This document shows positions 19,318 through 26,948 of a stretch of DNA of 64,000 nucleotides, in pieces. This DNA comes from an uncultured bacterium (GTDB lineage Bacteria; Abyssobacteria; SURF-5), in contig CAYVQZ010000003.1 of the NCBI GenBank assembly GCA_964453435.1, forward strand, positions 24,690 through 88,689. The letters are read 5' to 3'. Position numbers and translations under genes: made by a program. The number at the start of each line of letters is the position of its first letter. Position 1 is the first letter of the stretch. The notes under the pieces were generated by a model. It was not told the origin of the DNA, did no database searches, and was given only the letters and a program-made list of their open reading frames with translations.

Positions 19318-19447
19318 AACTGTCCCACGATTGCCCGGCGAAGGGGACTGTGAATCTGTCCCACGGTTGTATATTTTGCCGAACAACGAGCTTTGGGGGC
19401 TGTCCCCGACGCGGAACACCTTCAGCATGAATCGTGGGACAGTCTCC
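19318..19447. repeat. Cluster of ACTGTCCCACG / GGGAC-N-GTCCC palindromic motifs. Three copies lie within 130 bp, one of them inverted.
   Basis: AACTGTCCCACG at 19318, GGGAC-TGTGAATCT-GTCCCACGG at 19344-19366, GGGGGCTGTCCCCGACG at 19395, and the inverted CGTGGGACAGTCTCC at 19433. The region is intergenic, 419 bp, between DAHP synthase and the methyltransferase. Confidence 0.55.
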
Positions 19448-19567
19448 ATGGCTCCCTGCGCAGGAGTTTTCGGCTTCGCGGAAAAGGCGTCGTTGACCGA
19501 ATCGAGCGACGGTATTAAGCGCTTCTGCGCCGTTGCCAGTCATCCCTGAAATTTTTTAGAGATTTCT

Positions 19568-20254
19568 TCATCTCTTGTACGCGAGAATGAACAACTGTTT
19601 TCCCAAGATTCGGTGGGCGCAAGGAATCTTCAGATATGCTTTCACGAAGACTCTTCCTTTTGGATATTTGCTGCGGAATGTGTACGGCAGGAAACGTCCT
19701 TTCAGGATACCGATTTCGAAGCCGGAAGTTATGATAGCCTCGCGCATGCTCTCCTCGCTGAGAGCGATTTGATGGTCGAAGTAGTCCCAGTATTGCATGT
19801 ACAGATATTTGACATTCGGCTGTATGACGATAAGTTTTCCATTTGGGACAAGTATCCTCCTGATTTCCGCCAGGGTATCAATTATGGATTGGCGGCTGGG
19901 CAGGTGTTCGAAGAAATTCGACGCAAAAACGACGTCGATGGTTGAGTCCTCGATATCTATCGTGTTTTCATCTCGCGGGTGCATCACGGTTACGCCTTGC
20001 GCGGCGTACTTCTCCGTATCCGGATTGATGTCAACGGCATACTTTTGTCCGCAGTTGATGTTGTTAATGAACTCGCAGGTGCCTGCGCCCAGGTCGACCA
20101 CCGAATCGGAAGCCCCGATGAATTTTTGGAGAAAATCGCTGCAGATAACCTGCCAGACCTGGTTTTTCTGCTTCAGGGCGCGGGCATCGAATCGCTCGCG
20201 GTAAATTGCCACGAGGTTGGTCAGATTCGATGGGCGATTTTTGGTCTCTCCCAT
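19568..20254 (-). CDS. Class I SAM-dependent methyltransferase.
   Basis: Motif I is VVDLGAGTCEF. Length is 228 aa. Confidence 0.75.
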   Translation of the reverse strand: MGETKNRPSNLTNLVAIYRERFDARALKQKNQVWQVICSDFLQKFIGASDSVVDLGAGTCEFINNINCGQKYAVDINPDTEKYAAQGVTVMHPRDENTIDIEDSTIDVVFASNFFEHLPSRQSIIDTLAEIRRILVPNGKLIVIQPNVKYLYMQYWDYFDHQIALSEESMREAIITSGFEIGILKGRFLPYTFRSKYPKGRVFVKAYLKIPCAHRILGKQLFILAYKR

Positions 20255-20257
20255 GCG

Positions 20258-21583
20258 TTATTCCTTTTGAATGATCCCGGCAAGGGTTTTCGCCAACCCG
20301 ATCATCCCGCTGAGCGTTCGATCGGAGGGATACAATTGTGTGGAATCGATAAGGTAGAGTCCTTCGATGGGCGATTTTTGTTCGGGCACAACCTGAGAGA
20401 AATCCGTGGTGCAGATTGCCTGCGCGTAGGGGTCCCGAAAAACCCGCCAGTCGGCTATTGAAACAGGATTGAATCCGGAAGAAATAAGCCGCATGCATGA
20501 GGAGTATTCCCGTAAAAGCTCGTGGTCGCGGCAGGAATACCGTTCGTTGGTGGTTTCGAGATAAAAGGGGATGTAGGCAATCTTTCTCCCCTGGAGATCG
20601 GGCCGGGGATTCAGATTCGTGTATTCAATTACGCCGTTGAACGGGATGCGCCGGTCGTTGACATTGACCCAGAAACTGTCGGTTATGGGCCGGGCCAGCT
20701 TGAGGATCATGCACACGACACCTATGTATTTCACTTGTTCGAGGCGGCGGCGATAATCGGCGCATTCCGACGGAAGCATGCGGCACAACAACGGCAGCGC
20801 GACGGTTGAAACCACCGCATCGAAATTCAGCGTGCGGCCATCGCATTTCAAGCCGGTGGCCCTGCCATTGTTGACAAGGAGGGAACTCACCGCCGAGGCC
20901 AGTTTTATCTCCCCGCCGCGGCTCAGAATTTCTTCGGCAAGCATGTCAATCAGCATTTTTGAGCCGCCCGCCAGGTAGCCCAGTTCCTCCCGTTGCCTCA
21001 AACCTTTTCGCGATTTTGCCACACGGTGGATGCGATGCCACATCCACGACGCGGAGATGTCGTCGGCGTATTCGCCGAATTTGATTTTCAAGAGGGGTCT
21101 CCAGATTACGTCATACGCTTGTTCGCCGATATGGCGTGTTAGCCAGACGCTGGCGGGCTCCTTTTCGAGCTCTTGCCAGTTCTTGATCGATCTCGCATAC
21201 ATGATGTTAAAGCCGAATCGGAGTCTCGCCGCGAGACTGATTGGTTTAAAGAACAGGAGGTCGAAAGGGGAACCGAACGGATAGAGGTTGCCATCGCAGA
21301 AGAAGCTCATTTTGGTGGGGCGCCAGCGCAGTTTCTGATCGAGGCCGAGTTCCTTGCAGAGTTCGAGCAGGTCGTGATCGCCCAGGCAAATAAAATGATA
21401 ATACTTTTCAATGAAACTGCCGCCGAAATCGAACGAACCGGCAAGGCCGCCAAGTGTGTGGTCACGTTCGATGACGGTCACTTTGTGGCCCTGCTTTGAG
21501 AGGAAATATCCGGCGCTGAGACCGGAAATGCCGCCTCCGATAATCGCCAGATTCAATTTGCCGGCGTTGCTGCCTATCGCCAT
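20258..21583 (-). CDS. FAD/NAD(P)-binding oxidoreductase, amine-oxidase or protoporphyrinogen-oxidase-like. The start is taken at the internal Met; the longest ORF extends to 21682.
   Basis: LAIIGGGISGLSAGYFLSKQGHKVTVIERDHTLGG is a dinucleotide-binding GxGxxG motif. The stop lies 3 nt from the upstream methyltransferase start. Confidence 0.75.
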   Translation of the reverse strand: MAIGSNAGKLNLAIIGGGISGLSAGYFLSKQGHKVTVIERDHTLGGLAGSFDFGGSFIEKYYHFICLGDHDLLELCKELGLDQKLRWRPTKMSFFCDGNLYPFGSPFDLLFFKPISLAARLRFGFNIMYARSIKNWQELEKEPASVWLTRHIGEQAYDVIWRPLLKIKFGEYADDISASWMWHRIHRVAKSRKGLRQREELGYLAGGSKMLIDMLAEEILSRGGEIKLASAVSSLLVNNGRATGLKCDGRTLNFDAVVSTVALPLLCRMLPSECADYRRRLEQVKYIGVVCMILKLARPITDSFWVNVNDRRIPFNGVIEYTNLNPRPDLQGRKIAYIPFYLETTNERYSCRDHELLREYSSCMRLISSGFNPVSIADWRVFRDPYAQAICTTDFSQVVPEQKSPIEGLYLIDSTQLYPSDRTLSGMIGLAKTLAGIIQKE

Positions 21584-22638
21584 TGTTCGCCGTACCCGGT
21601 GTTGTTGATTATGCTGTCCCTCATCCTCCTGCCGCGAACCAGATAATACCAGCCGTAGTACCAGAGTCGCGCGCCCCAGCAACAGATTTGGAATATGGGG
21701 GTATCAAAAAAGAGCCATTTCATGAACGATTTTCTCAAGGCGAGTTCAACCCACGATACCAGGTTGTGACGCGCCGGCTTGAAGTTCAGATTGAGCGATA
21801 GGTCGTCGTCACCGACAACATCGATTTGGTCCGGATTTCCGACACCGAGCTCGAGCGAGTGACAGTTCTGTATGTGACGTATATCCAAAGGGTCGAAGCC
21901 CTGTATTTTTGCGGCGACGGTGTCCAGGGCCACGAAATCTCCCGATGCGAGAATGCGGTCGACCACTCGGGGCTCTCCGGACTTTGGGCTGTCACCCTCT
22001 AAGCCGACCGTCGCATCCATTACGGCAAACTTTGGGGTTACGGCGTTATTGATGTCGGCCAGCGCCTCGTTGAGCACCAGATGGTAATTATGCCTGAGTT
22101 TCGGCAGACATCCCCATTGGTTTTTGATCGCTCCCGTGATTGTAGTCTTGTTATGGGTCTTGAGCACGGGAATGGTAATGAGCTTCGTTCGGAGAAGAAT
22201 TTCGGGAACGCGAATTTCGTCGAATGCCATCCCGTTCGGCATTGGAACGGACCGGAATTCCATGTTGGTCATATTGACCCATGTCGCGCCGTATTGTCGG
22301 CAGACCACGTCGATGCGGGTTTGTCGGAGAGCCTTTTCGACATCGACCACCACCTGGTCCGACTCAACAACAAAAATGGAGCCAACATGCTCTTTGATCG
22401 TCTGTATGACTCCCTCGACGACCCATGGACTAGTCACCGCGCCGGGCAGGAACAGGTCCCATCCGAGATTCACCTTCAACGAAACATCGGCTCCCGGCGA
22501 AATAAAATCTTTCCAGCGAGCGAGTTCCATCGCTTCCCTGACAGCGTCATGGACTCCGTTCTTGATCCGAATTATGCTGACAGTCGATTTTGGGGTATCC
22601 AAGATGACCACATTTCTCCTTTGTCGTTTCGCATGCAC
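21574..22638 (-). CDS. DUF362-family protein. The start is uncertain, because the longest ORF overlaps the upstream gene by 67 nt.
   Basis: Conserved DUF362 N-terminal region (VVILDTPKSTVSIIRIKNG...VREAMELA) and VAMDATVGLEGDSP region. Confidence 0.6.
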   Translation of the reverse strand: MHAKRQRRNVVILDTPKSTVSIIRIKNGVHDAVREAMELARWKDFISPGADVSLKVNLGWDLFLPGAVTSPWVVEGVIQTIKEHVGSIFVVESDQVVVDVEKALRQTRIDVVCRQYGATWVNMTNMEFRSVPMPNGMAFDEIRVPEILLRTKLITIPVLKTHNKTTITGAIKNQWGCLPKLRHNYHLVLNEALADINNAVTPKFAVMDATVGLEGDSPKSGEPRVVDRILASGDFVALDTVAAKIQGFDPLDIRHIQNCHSLELGVGNPDQIDVVGDDDLSLNLNFKPARHNLVSWVELALRKSFMKWLFFDTPIFQICCWGARLWYYGWYYLVRGRRMRDSIINNTGYGEQWR

Positions 22639-23372
22639 TCACGAATATGAACGGGACGGTTGCTGATGACGACATCGACTCCAAGGTCGAACAGGTTTGC
22701 CGCATCAGTCGCCTCGTCGACGGTCCAAGTGACAACAAACCAGCGTTTGGCGCCTGCTTTTTGCACCAATTTGCCCGTTACGAGAGGATAGCGCGGGTGG
22801 ACTCCGTCGATTCGAATGATATGCGCTGCCCAAGCGCGCTTCAAGTGGACGGGCTGGTTGTCGGAAAAGAGGAGCCCAACCTTGAGCCGGGGGTCAATTC
22901 CAATGACACGCCTTATGGAAAAGGGGTTGAAGGAGGAAAGTATCACGGATGACTGCAATCCCATTTTTCGGATAATTTCGACCACTTTCCCCTCGAGACC
23001 GTTATTGGTGATGGAACGACTCTTCAATTCGACGTTTACAAGCATCCGGCCGCCAAGGAGTTCAAGAACTTCCTCGAGTGTCGGGATTTTTTGACCGCGG
23101 TAGCGCCCGCCGAAATGAGCGCCTGCATCCAATTCCCGAAGCTCTTCGAACGACAATTCGCTCACAAAACCCGTCCCGTCGGTCAGCTTATCGACACGGT
23201 CGTCATGAAACACGACAACTCGGCCGGTTTTGCACAGGCGAGCATCGAGTTCCACCCCGTCGAGGGCGAGCTCCACGGCCCGTTGAAAACCCGCAAGAGT
23301 ATTCTCGGGGGCCTCGTGCGGCGCCCCCCTGTGTCCGAAAATGAGTTTTTCGCGTCCCAATCGCTGCAACAT
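22572..23372 (-). CDS. Glycerophosphodiester phosphodiesterase (GDPD, UgpQ/GlpQ family). The start is taken at MLQRLG; the longest ORF extends to 23453.
   Basis: LIFGHRGAPHEAPENTLAGF...GVELDARLCKTGRVVVFHDD is the GDPD catalytic His/Arg motif. Confidence 0.8.
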   Translation of the reverse strand: MLQRLGREKLIFGHRGAPHEAPENTLAGFQRAVELALDGVELDARLCKTGRVVVFHDDRVDKLTDGTGFVSELSFEELRELDAGAHFGGRYRGQKIPTLEEVLELLGGRMLVNVELKSRSITNNGLEGKVVEIIRKMGLQSSVILSSFNPFSIRRVIGIDPRLKVGLLFSDNQPVHLKRAWAAHIIRIDGVHPRYPLVTGKLVQKAGAKRWFVVTWTVDEATDAANLFDLGVDVVISNRPVHIRECMRNDKGEMWSSWIPQNRLSA

Positions 23373-23534
23373 TGTATCGCGGAGCAAATCGTACGAATGC
23401 GGCCGGGTCCCGAAACGACGTTTATGATAGCACCCGAACTTTTTATGCGTCAAGGCTGTCTGATGTCGTCTGACGCAGTTTCATGGACGGCGATGCTGCT
23501 CGCCTTGCCGGGAAAAGAGCGTACGGATGACGAA

Positions 23535-25148
23535 TCAGGTCGCTTTCCTTGACTGTTCCAGCGCCGCCCGCGCGAAGTGATAAAACATCTTGGATGGTTT
23601 GTCAAGCGTTGATGTGAGTTCGGGATGGAACTGGCTGGCCATGAAGAAGGGGTGCTCTTTGAGTTCCACTATCTGCATAATAGGCTTGCCGCGGGCTTTC
23701 CCGGAAAAAACCAGGCCCGCTTTCTCCATCTGCTTAATGTACTTCGGATTCACTTCGTTCCGGTGGCGGAATCTTTTCCGGGTTTTGTTCCCGTACATCT
23801 CATAAGCGCGAGTGCCCTTCTTCACTACCACATCGTGCCCCCCGAGCCGCATCGTCCCGCCCTTGTAAGTGATTCCGATTTGTTCCGGCAGGTAGTCGAT
23901 CACGAGGTGTTTGGCGTCTTCCCGAATCTCGCGACTGTTTGCATCCTTGATTCCACAGACGTTTCTGGCATATTCAATAACGGCAAGCTGCAAACCGTAG
24001 CAGAGTCCGAGATACGGGAGCTTGTTCTCCCGCGCATATTTGACAACCGATATTTTGCCTTCCGCGCCGCGCGGTCCGAATCCGCCGGCGACGATAACGC
24101 CATTGACGCCGTCGAGCGCATTGTCCACGGCGACTTTTCCGCGCTCAATATCGGTTGTTTCGACCCATTTCTTGTTCACTTTGCAGTTCAAGTGAGCCGC
24201 GCTATGAACGAGCGCCTCCTCGATGCTGATATAGGAGTCGGCCAATTCGGTGTACTTTCCGCATATCGCGATGGTGATTTCCTGCTTTGGGTGCTTAATA
24301 TGGCTTACGAGTTTTTTCCATTCCCCGAGCCGATTGGGGATTCTGATTCCGAGTTGTTTCCCGAGAACGCGCCGAAGTCCTTCTTGTTCAAAAATGAGCG
24401 GCAATTCGTAAACGGTATCGAGATATGGATCGCTTATCACATTCTGTTGAGGCACATTGCAGAGCCAATGGATTTTCAGTTTGGTACGGTCGGTCAACTT
24501 TTCCCTCGAGCGGCCGATTATGATTTGGGGGAAAATGCCTCGCTCTCGAAGAAAGAGAATGCTCTGCTGGATGGGTTTTGTTTTTTGCTGTCCCAGTTCA
24601 TCGAGGACGGGAACAAGGCCGAGGTGGACATACACGATGTCTTTCGGCCCGACGTCCGCGCTCAGCTCGCGAACCGCCTCGAGGAACCACAGGTTCTCGA
24701 TGTCACCGACCGTCCCGCCTATCTCGACGAGCACGACGTCAGCTTTTTCTTTTCGGGCGATCCGCTTCAAGCGTTTTCGAATTTCTCCCGTGACGTGAGG
24801 TATAACCTGCACGGTCCTTCCGAGAAAGTCGCCGCGCCGTTCTTTCTCCACAAGGGCCTGAAAGATTTTCCCGGATGTGAGGTTCCACTCGGATTTGCAG
24901 TGAATGTTCAAAAACCTCTCGTAATGTCCGAAATCAAGGTCTACTTCCCCGCCGTCGTCGAGCACGAAGACCTCGCCGTGCTCGATGGGGTTCATCGTGC
25001 CGGGGTCAACGTTCAGATAGCCGTCACACTTAATCAGGACGACTCGGTAGGTCGGAACAAGCAGTCTGGCAATGGAGGCTGAAACGACCCCTTTGCCCAA
25101 GCCGGATAACACGCCGCCGGTCACAACGATCCACTTCGTATTTGTCAT
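23535..25148 (-). CDS. pyrG: CTP synthase.
   Basis: MTNTKWIVVTGGVLSGLGKG N-terminus. The C-terminal GATase domain has GLCYGLQ (Cys) and the His/Glu triad. The start is at MTNTK, and the ORF track adds 3 codons. Confidence 0.95.
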   Translation of the reverse strand: MTNTKWIVVTGGVLSGLGKGVVSASIARLLVPTYRVVLIKCDGYLNVDPGTMNPIEHGEVFVLDDGGEVDLDFGHYERFLNIHCKSEWNLTSGKIFQALVEKERRGDFLGRTVQVIPHVTGEIRKRLKRIARKEKADVVLVEIGGTVGDIENLWFLEAVRELSADVGPKDIVYVHLGLVPVLDELGQQKTKPIQQSILFLRERGIFPQIIIGRSREKLTDRTKLKIHWLCNVPQQNVISDPYLDTVYELPLIFEQEGLRRVLGKQLGIRIPNRLGEWKKLVSHIKHPKQEITIAICGKYTELADSYISIEEALVHSAAHLNCKVNKKWVETTDIERGKVAVDNALDGVNGVIVAGGFGPRGAEGKISVVKYARENKLPYLGLCYGLQLAVIEYARNVCGIKDANSREIREDAKHLVIDYLPEQIGITYKGGTMRLGGHDVVVKKGTRAYEMYGNKTRKRFRHRNEVNPKYIKQMEKAGLVFSGKARGKPIMQIVELKEHPFFMASQFHPELTSTLDKPSKMFYHFARAALEQSRKAT

Positions 25149-25245
25149 GAAGAACACCGAATAAGGCTAGAGGAACACCATATATCGGTACATAATGTAG
25201 CATACGTCCGACATCTTGTCAAAATCGGAGATATGCAGAAAAAAA

Positions 25246-25274
25246 TTGACCTGAAGGCCGCACTCATGTATGAT
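25246..25274 (+). promoter_or_regulatory. Near-consensus sigma-70 promoter, TTGACC-N17-TATGAT.
   Basis: TTGACC at 25246-25251, a 17 nt spacer, and TATGAT at 25269-25274. This lies 66 nt upstream of the radical SAM gene and is divergent from pyrG. Confidence 0.45.
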
Positions 25275-25339
25275 GAATTAACCGTTTTTTTCCTCCTTGA
25301 GAATGCACTGACAATTGAAGTTCACGGAGAGAGGCTACA

Positions 25340-26833
25340 TTGAAAAAAATAATTTTTGTCGAACCGAAGGCGCCCGGTTTTCACATATTCAGCAAGTGGA
25401 GTCTGCCCCGGCTTGGAACGGTGATGCTGGCAACAATACTCCGGGACCTCGGGCACGACGTCAAGGTCTATATCGAGGAAATTCAGAAAGCGGACAAGGA
25501 AGAACTGCGCGGCGCCGACCTTGTTGGCATCTCGACTATCACGTCGACCGCTCCCCGGGCGTATGCGCTGGGAGACGAACTGCGCGCCAGCGGCGTTCCC
25601 GTGGCAATGGGAGGGGCGCATCCCACATTTCTTTCCGATGAAGCAATGGAGCATGCCGACTTCGTCGTTCGCGGTGAAGGCGAGGAAGCCATTGTCGAAC
25701 TCCTCGAAGCTCTTGACGGGAAACGGGGCCTGCATACGATTGCGGGGCTCACCTATCGGGACAACGGCGCCGTAATCCATAATCCGGCGCGGCGGTTGTG
25801 TCCCGACCTCAACTCGCATCCGTCGCCCGACCTTTCGCTGATCGCGGGGTTCGGCTCGGGCACACGCAGTTTTTTCAGACACAACCCCATCATTCCGGTG
25901 TTGACATCGAGGGGCTGCCCATTCAACTGCAAGTTCTGTTCGGTGACTACGATGTTCGGCCGCAAGTACCGTTTCCGTTCTCCCGAGAAGGTGCTCGAGG
26001 ATATTCGTCCCTACGCGGGCAGGACAATCTTCTTCTATGACGACAATTTTGCCGCGAATAAACAACGGACAAAGGCGTTGTTGCGGCTGATGATCGAGGA
26101 GGGCGTCACACCGCAATGGACGGCCCAAGTGCGCGTGGAGGTGGCGAAGGACGAAGAATTGCTCGACCTGATGGAGCGCTCGAATTGTTTCGCGGTGTAT
26201 GTGGGAATCGAATCCATCAATCCTCAGACGCTTGAATTGTACTCGAAGGGACAGACGCTCGAAGATATCACGGAGAGCATACGGAAATTTCACGAACACG
26301 GAATCCGTATACATGGGATGTTTGTTTTGGGGTCCGACGAAGACGACGTGCGCATCATCCGGGAAACGGCGAAGTTCGCAAAACGGGTGAAGATCGACTC
26401 GGTCCAGTTCATGATTCTTACGCCGATTCCGGGGTCCGAGATTTTCGCGGAATTCTGCAAGGAAAAGAAGATATTCACCTATGACTGGACGTTCTATGAT
26501 GGGCACCACGTCGTGTTCAAACCGAAGAAAATGGTTCCCATCGTGCTTCAGAAAGAAGCGGTGCGCGCCATGAAGAAATTCTTCTCGCGGGCGCAGATGC
26601 TCAAGGGGCTGTTCCGAGGCGACTTGCACGGAGCAATGTTGAGAGGATACGGGAATCGAATCATCAAGAAGTGGGAGCGATTCAACAAGGATTTCTACTA
26701 CAACCTGAAGCATGAATTATATGGTGAATTGAACTCGCAGCTCAGCAAGATCACCGGGAAGTTCCGGCAACCGGATTTCATACGATTGAACACTCAGGAC
26801 GAGGACCAGCAGGCTATTTCCGACAAGGTTTGA
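25340..26833 (+). CDS. B12-binding domain / radical SAM protein (class B radical SAM-like).
   Basis: N-terminal B12-binding fold (KKIIFVEP...LGTVMLATILRDLGHDVKVYIEE). Radical SAM cluster motif GCPFNCKFCSV. Confidence 0.85.
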   Translation: MKKIIFVEPKAPGFHIFSKWSLPRLGTVMLATILRDLGHDVKVYIEEIQKADKEELRGADLVGISTITSTAPRAYALGDELRASGVPVAMGGAHPTFLSDEAMEHADFVVRGEGEEAIVELLEALDGKRGLHTIAGLTYRDNGAVIHNPARRLCPDLNSHPSPDLSLIAGFGSGTRSFFRHNPIIPVLTSRGCPFNCKFCSVTTMFGRKYRFRSPEKVLEDIRPYAGRTIFFYDDNFAANKQRTKALLRLMIEEGVTPQWTAQVRVEVAKDEELLDLMERSNCFAVYVGIESINPQTLELYSKGQTLEDITESIRKFHEHGIRIHGMFVLGSDEDDVRIIRETAKFAKRVKIDSVQFMILTPIPGSEIFAEFCKEKKIFTYDWTFYDGHHVVFKPKKMVPIVLQKEAVRAMKKFFSRAQMLKGLFRGDLHGAMLRGYGNRIIKKWERFNKDFYYNLKHELYGELNSQLSKITGKFRQPDFIRLNTQDEDQQAISDKV

Positions 26834-26948
26834 CTCCAAAAACGATTGCCCACGAAACGGGCCTTCATATGGCCGCAGCAAAAGTCCGAAATGGCGACAT
26901 TTTGGGCTTTTTCTTTTTTCGGACTGATGGCGAGGGGAGGTTCTCTCG

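Noticed and set aside
19349-19360. Exact 12-mer GTGAATCTGTCC shared between 19349 and 63641 as evidence of a mobile element.
   Set aside because: On its own, a 12-mer coincidence is expected many times in 64 kb. It is retained only as part of the broader GGGAC-N-GTCCC motif family, not as a transposon footprint. No inverted terminal repeats or transposase are present.
19148-19549. 133 aa ORF (and opposite-strand ORFs) in the DAHP synthase and methyltransferase intergenic region.
   Set aside because: Its apparent VPR amino-acid repeats are just the translation of the ACTGTCCCACG DNA repeats. It has no RBS and no homology signal, so it is more likely non-coding repeat DNA.
23625-25082. 485 aa plus-strand ORF antisense to pyrG, and similar long antisense ORFs at 25322-26713, 30677-31558, 35834-37204, 37539-39197, 42033-43199, 43344-44435, 45120-45932, 52716-53483 and 62736-63581.
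   Set aside because: Each lies entirely inside a well-supported gene on the opposite strand. They have Arg/Pro/Gly-rich low-complexity composition with no recognisable motifs. They are typical open antisense frames in GC-rich DNA.
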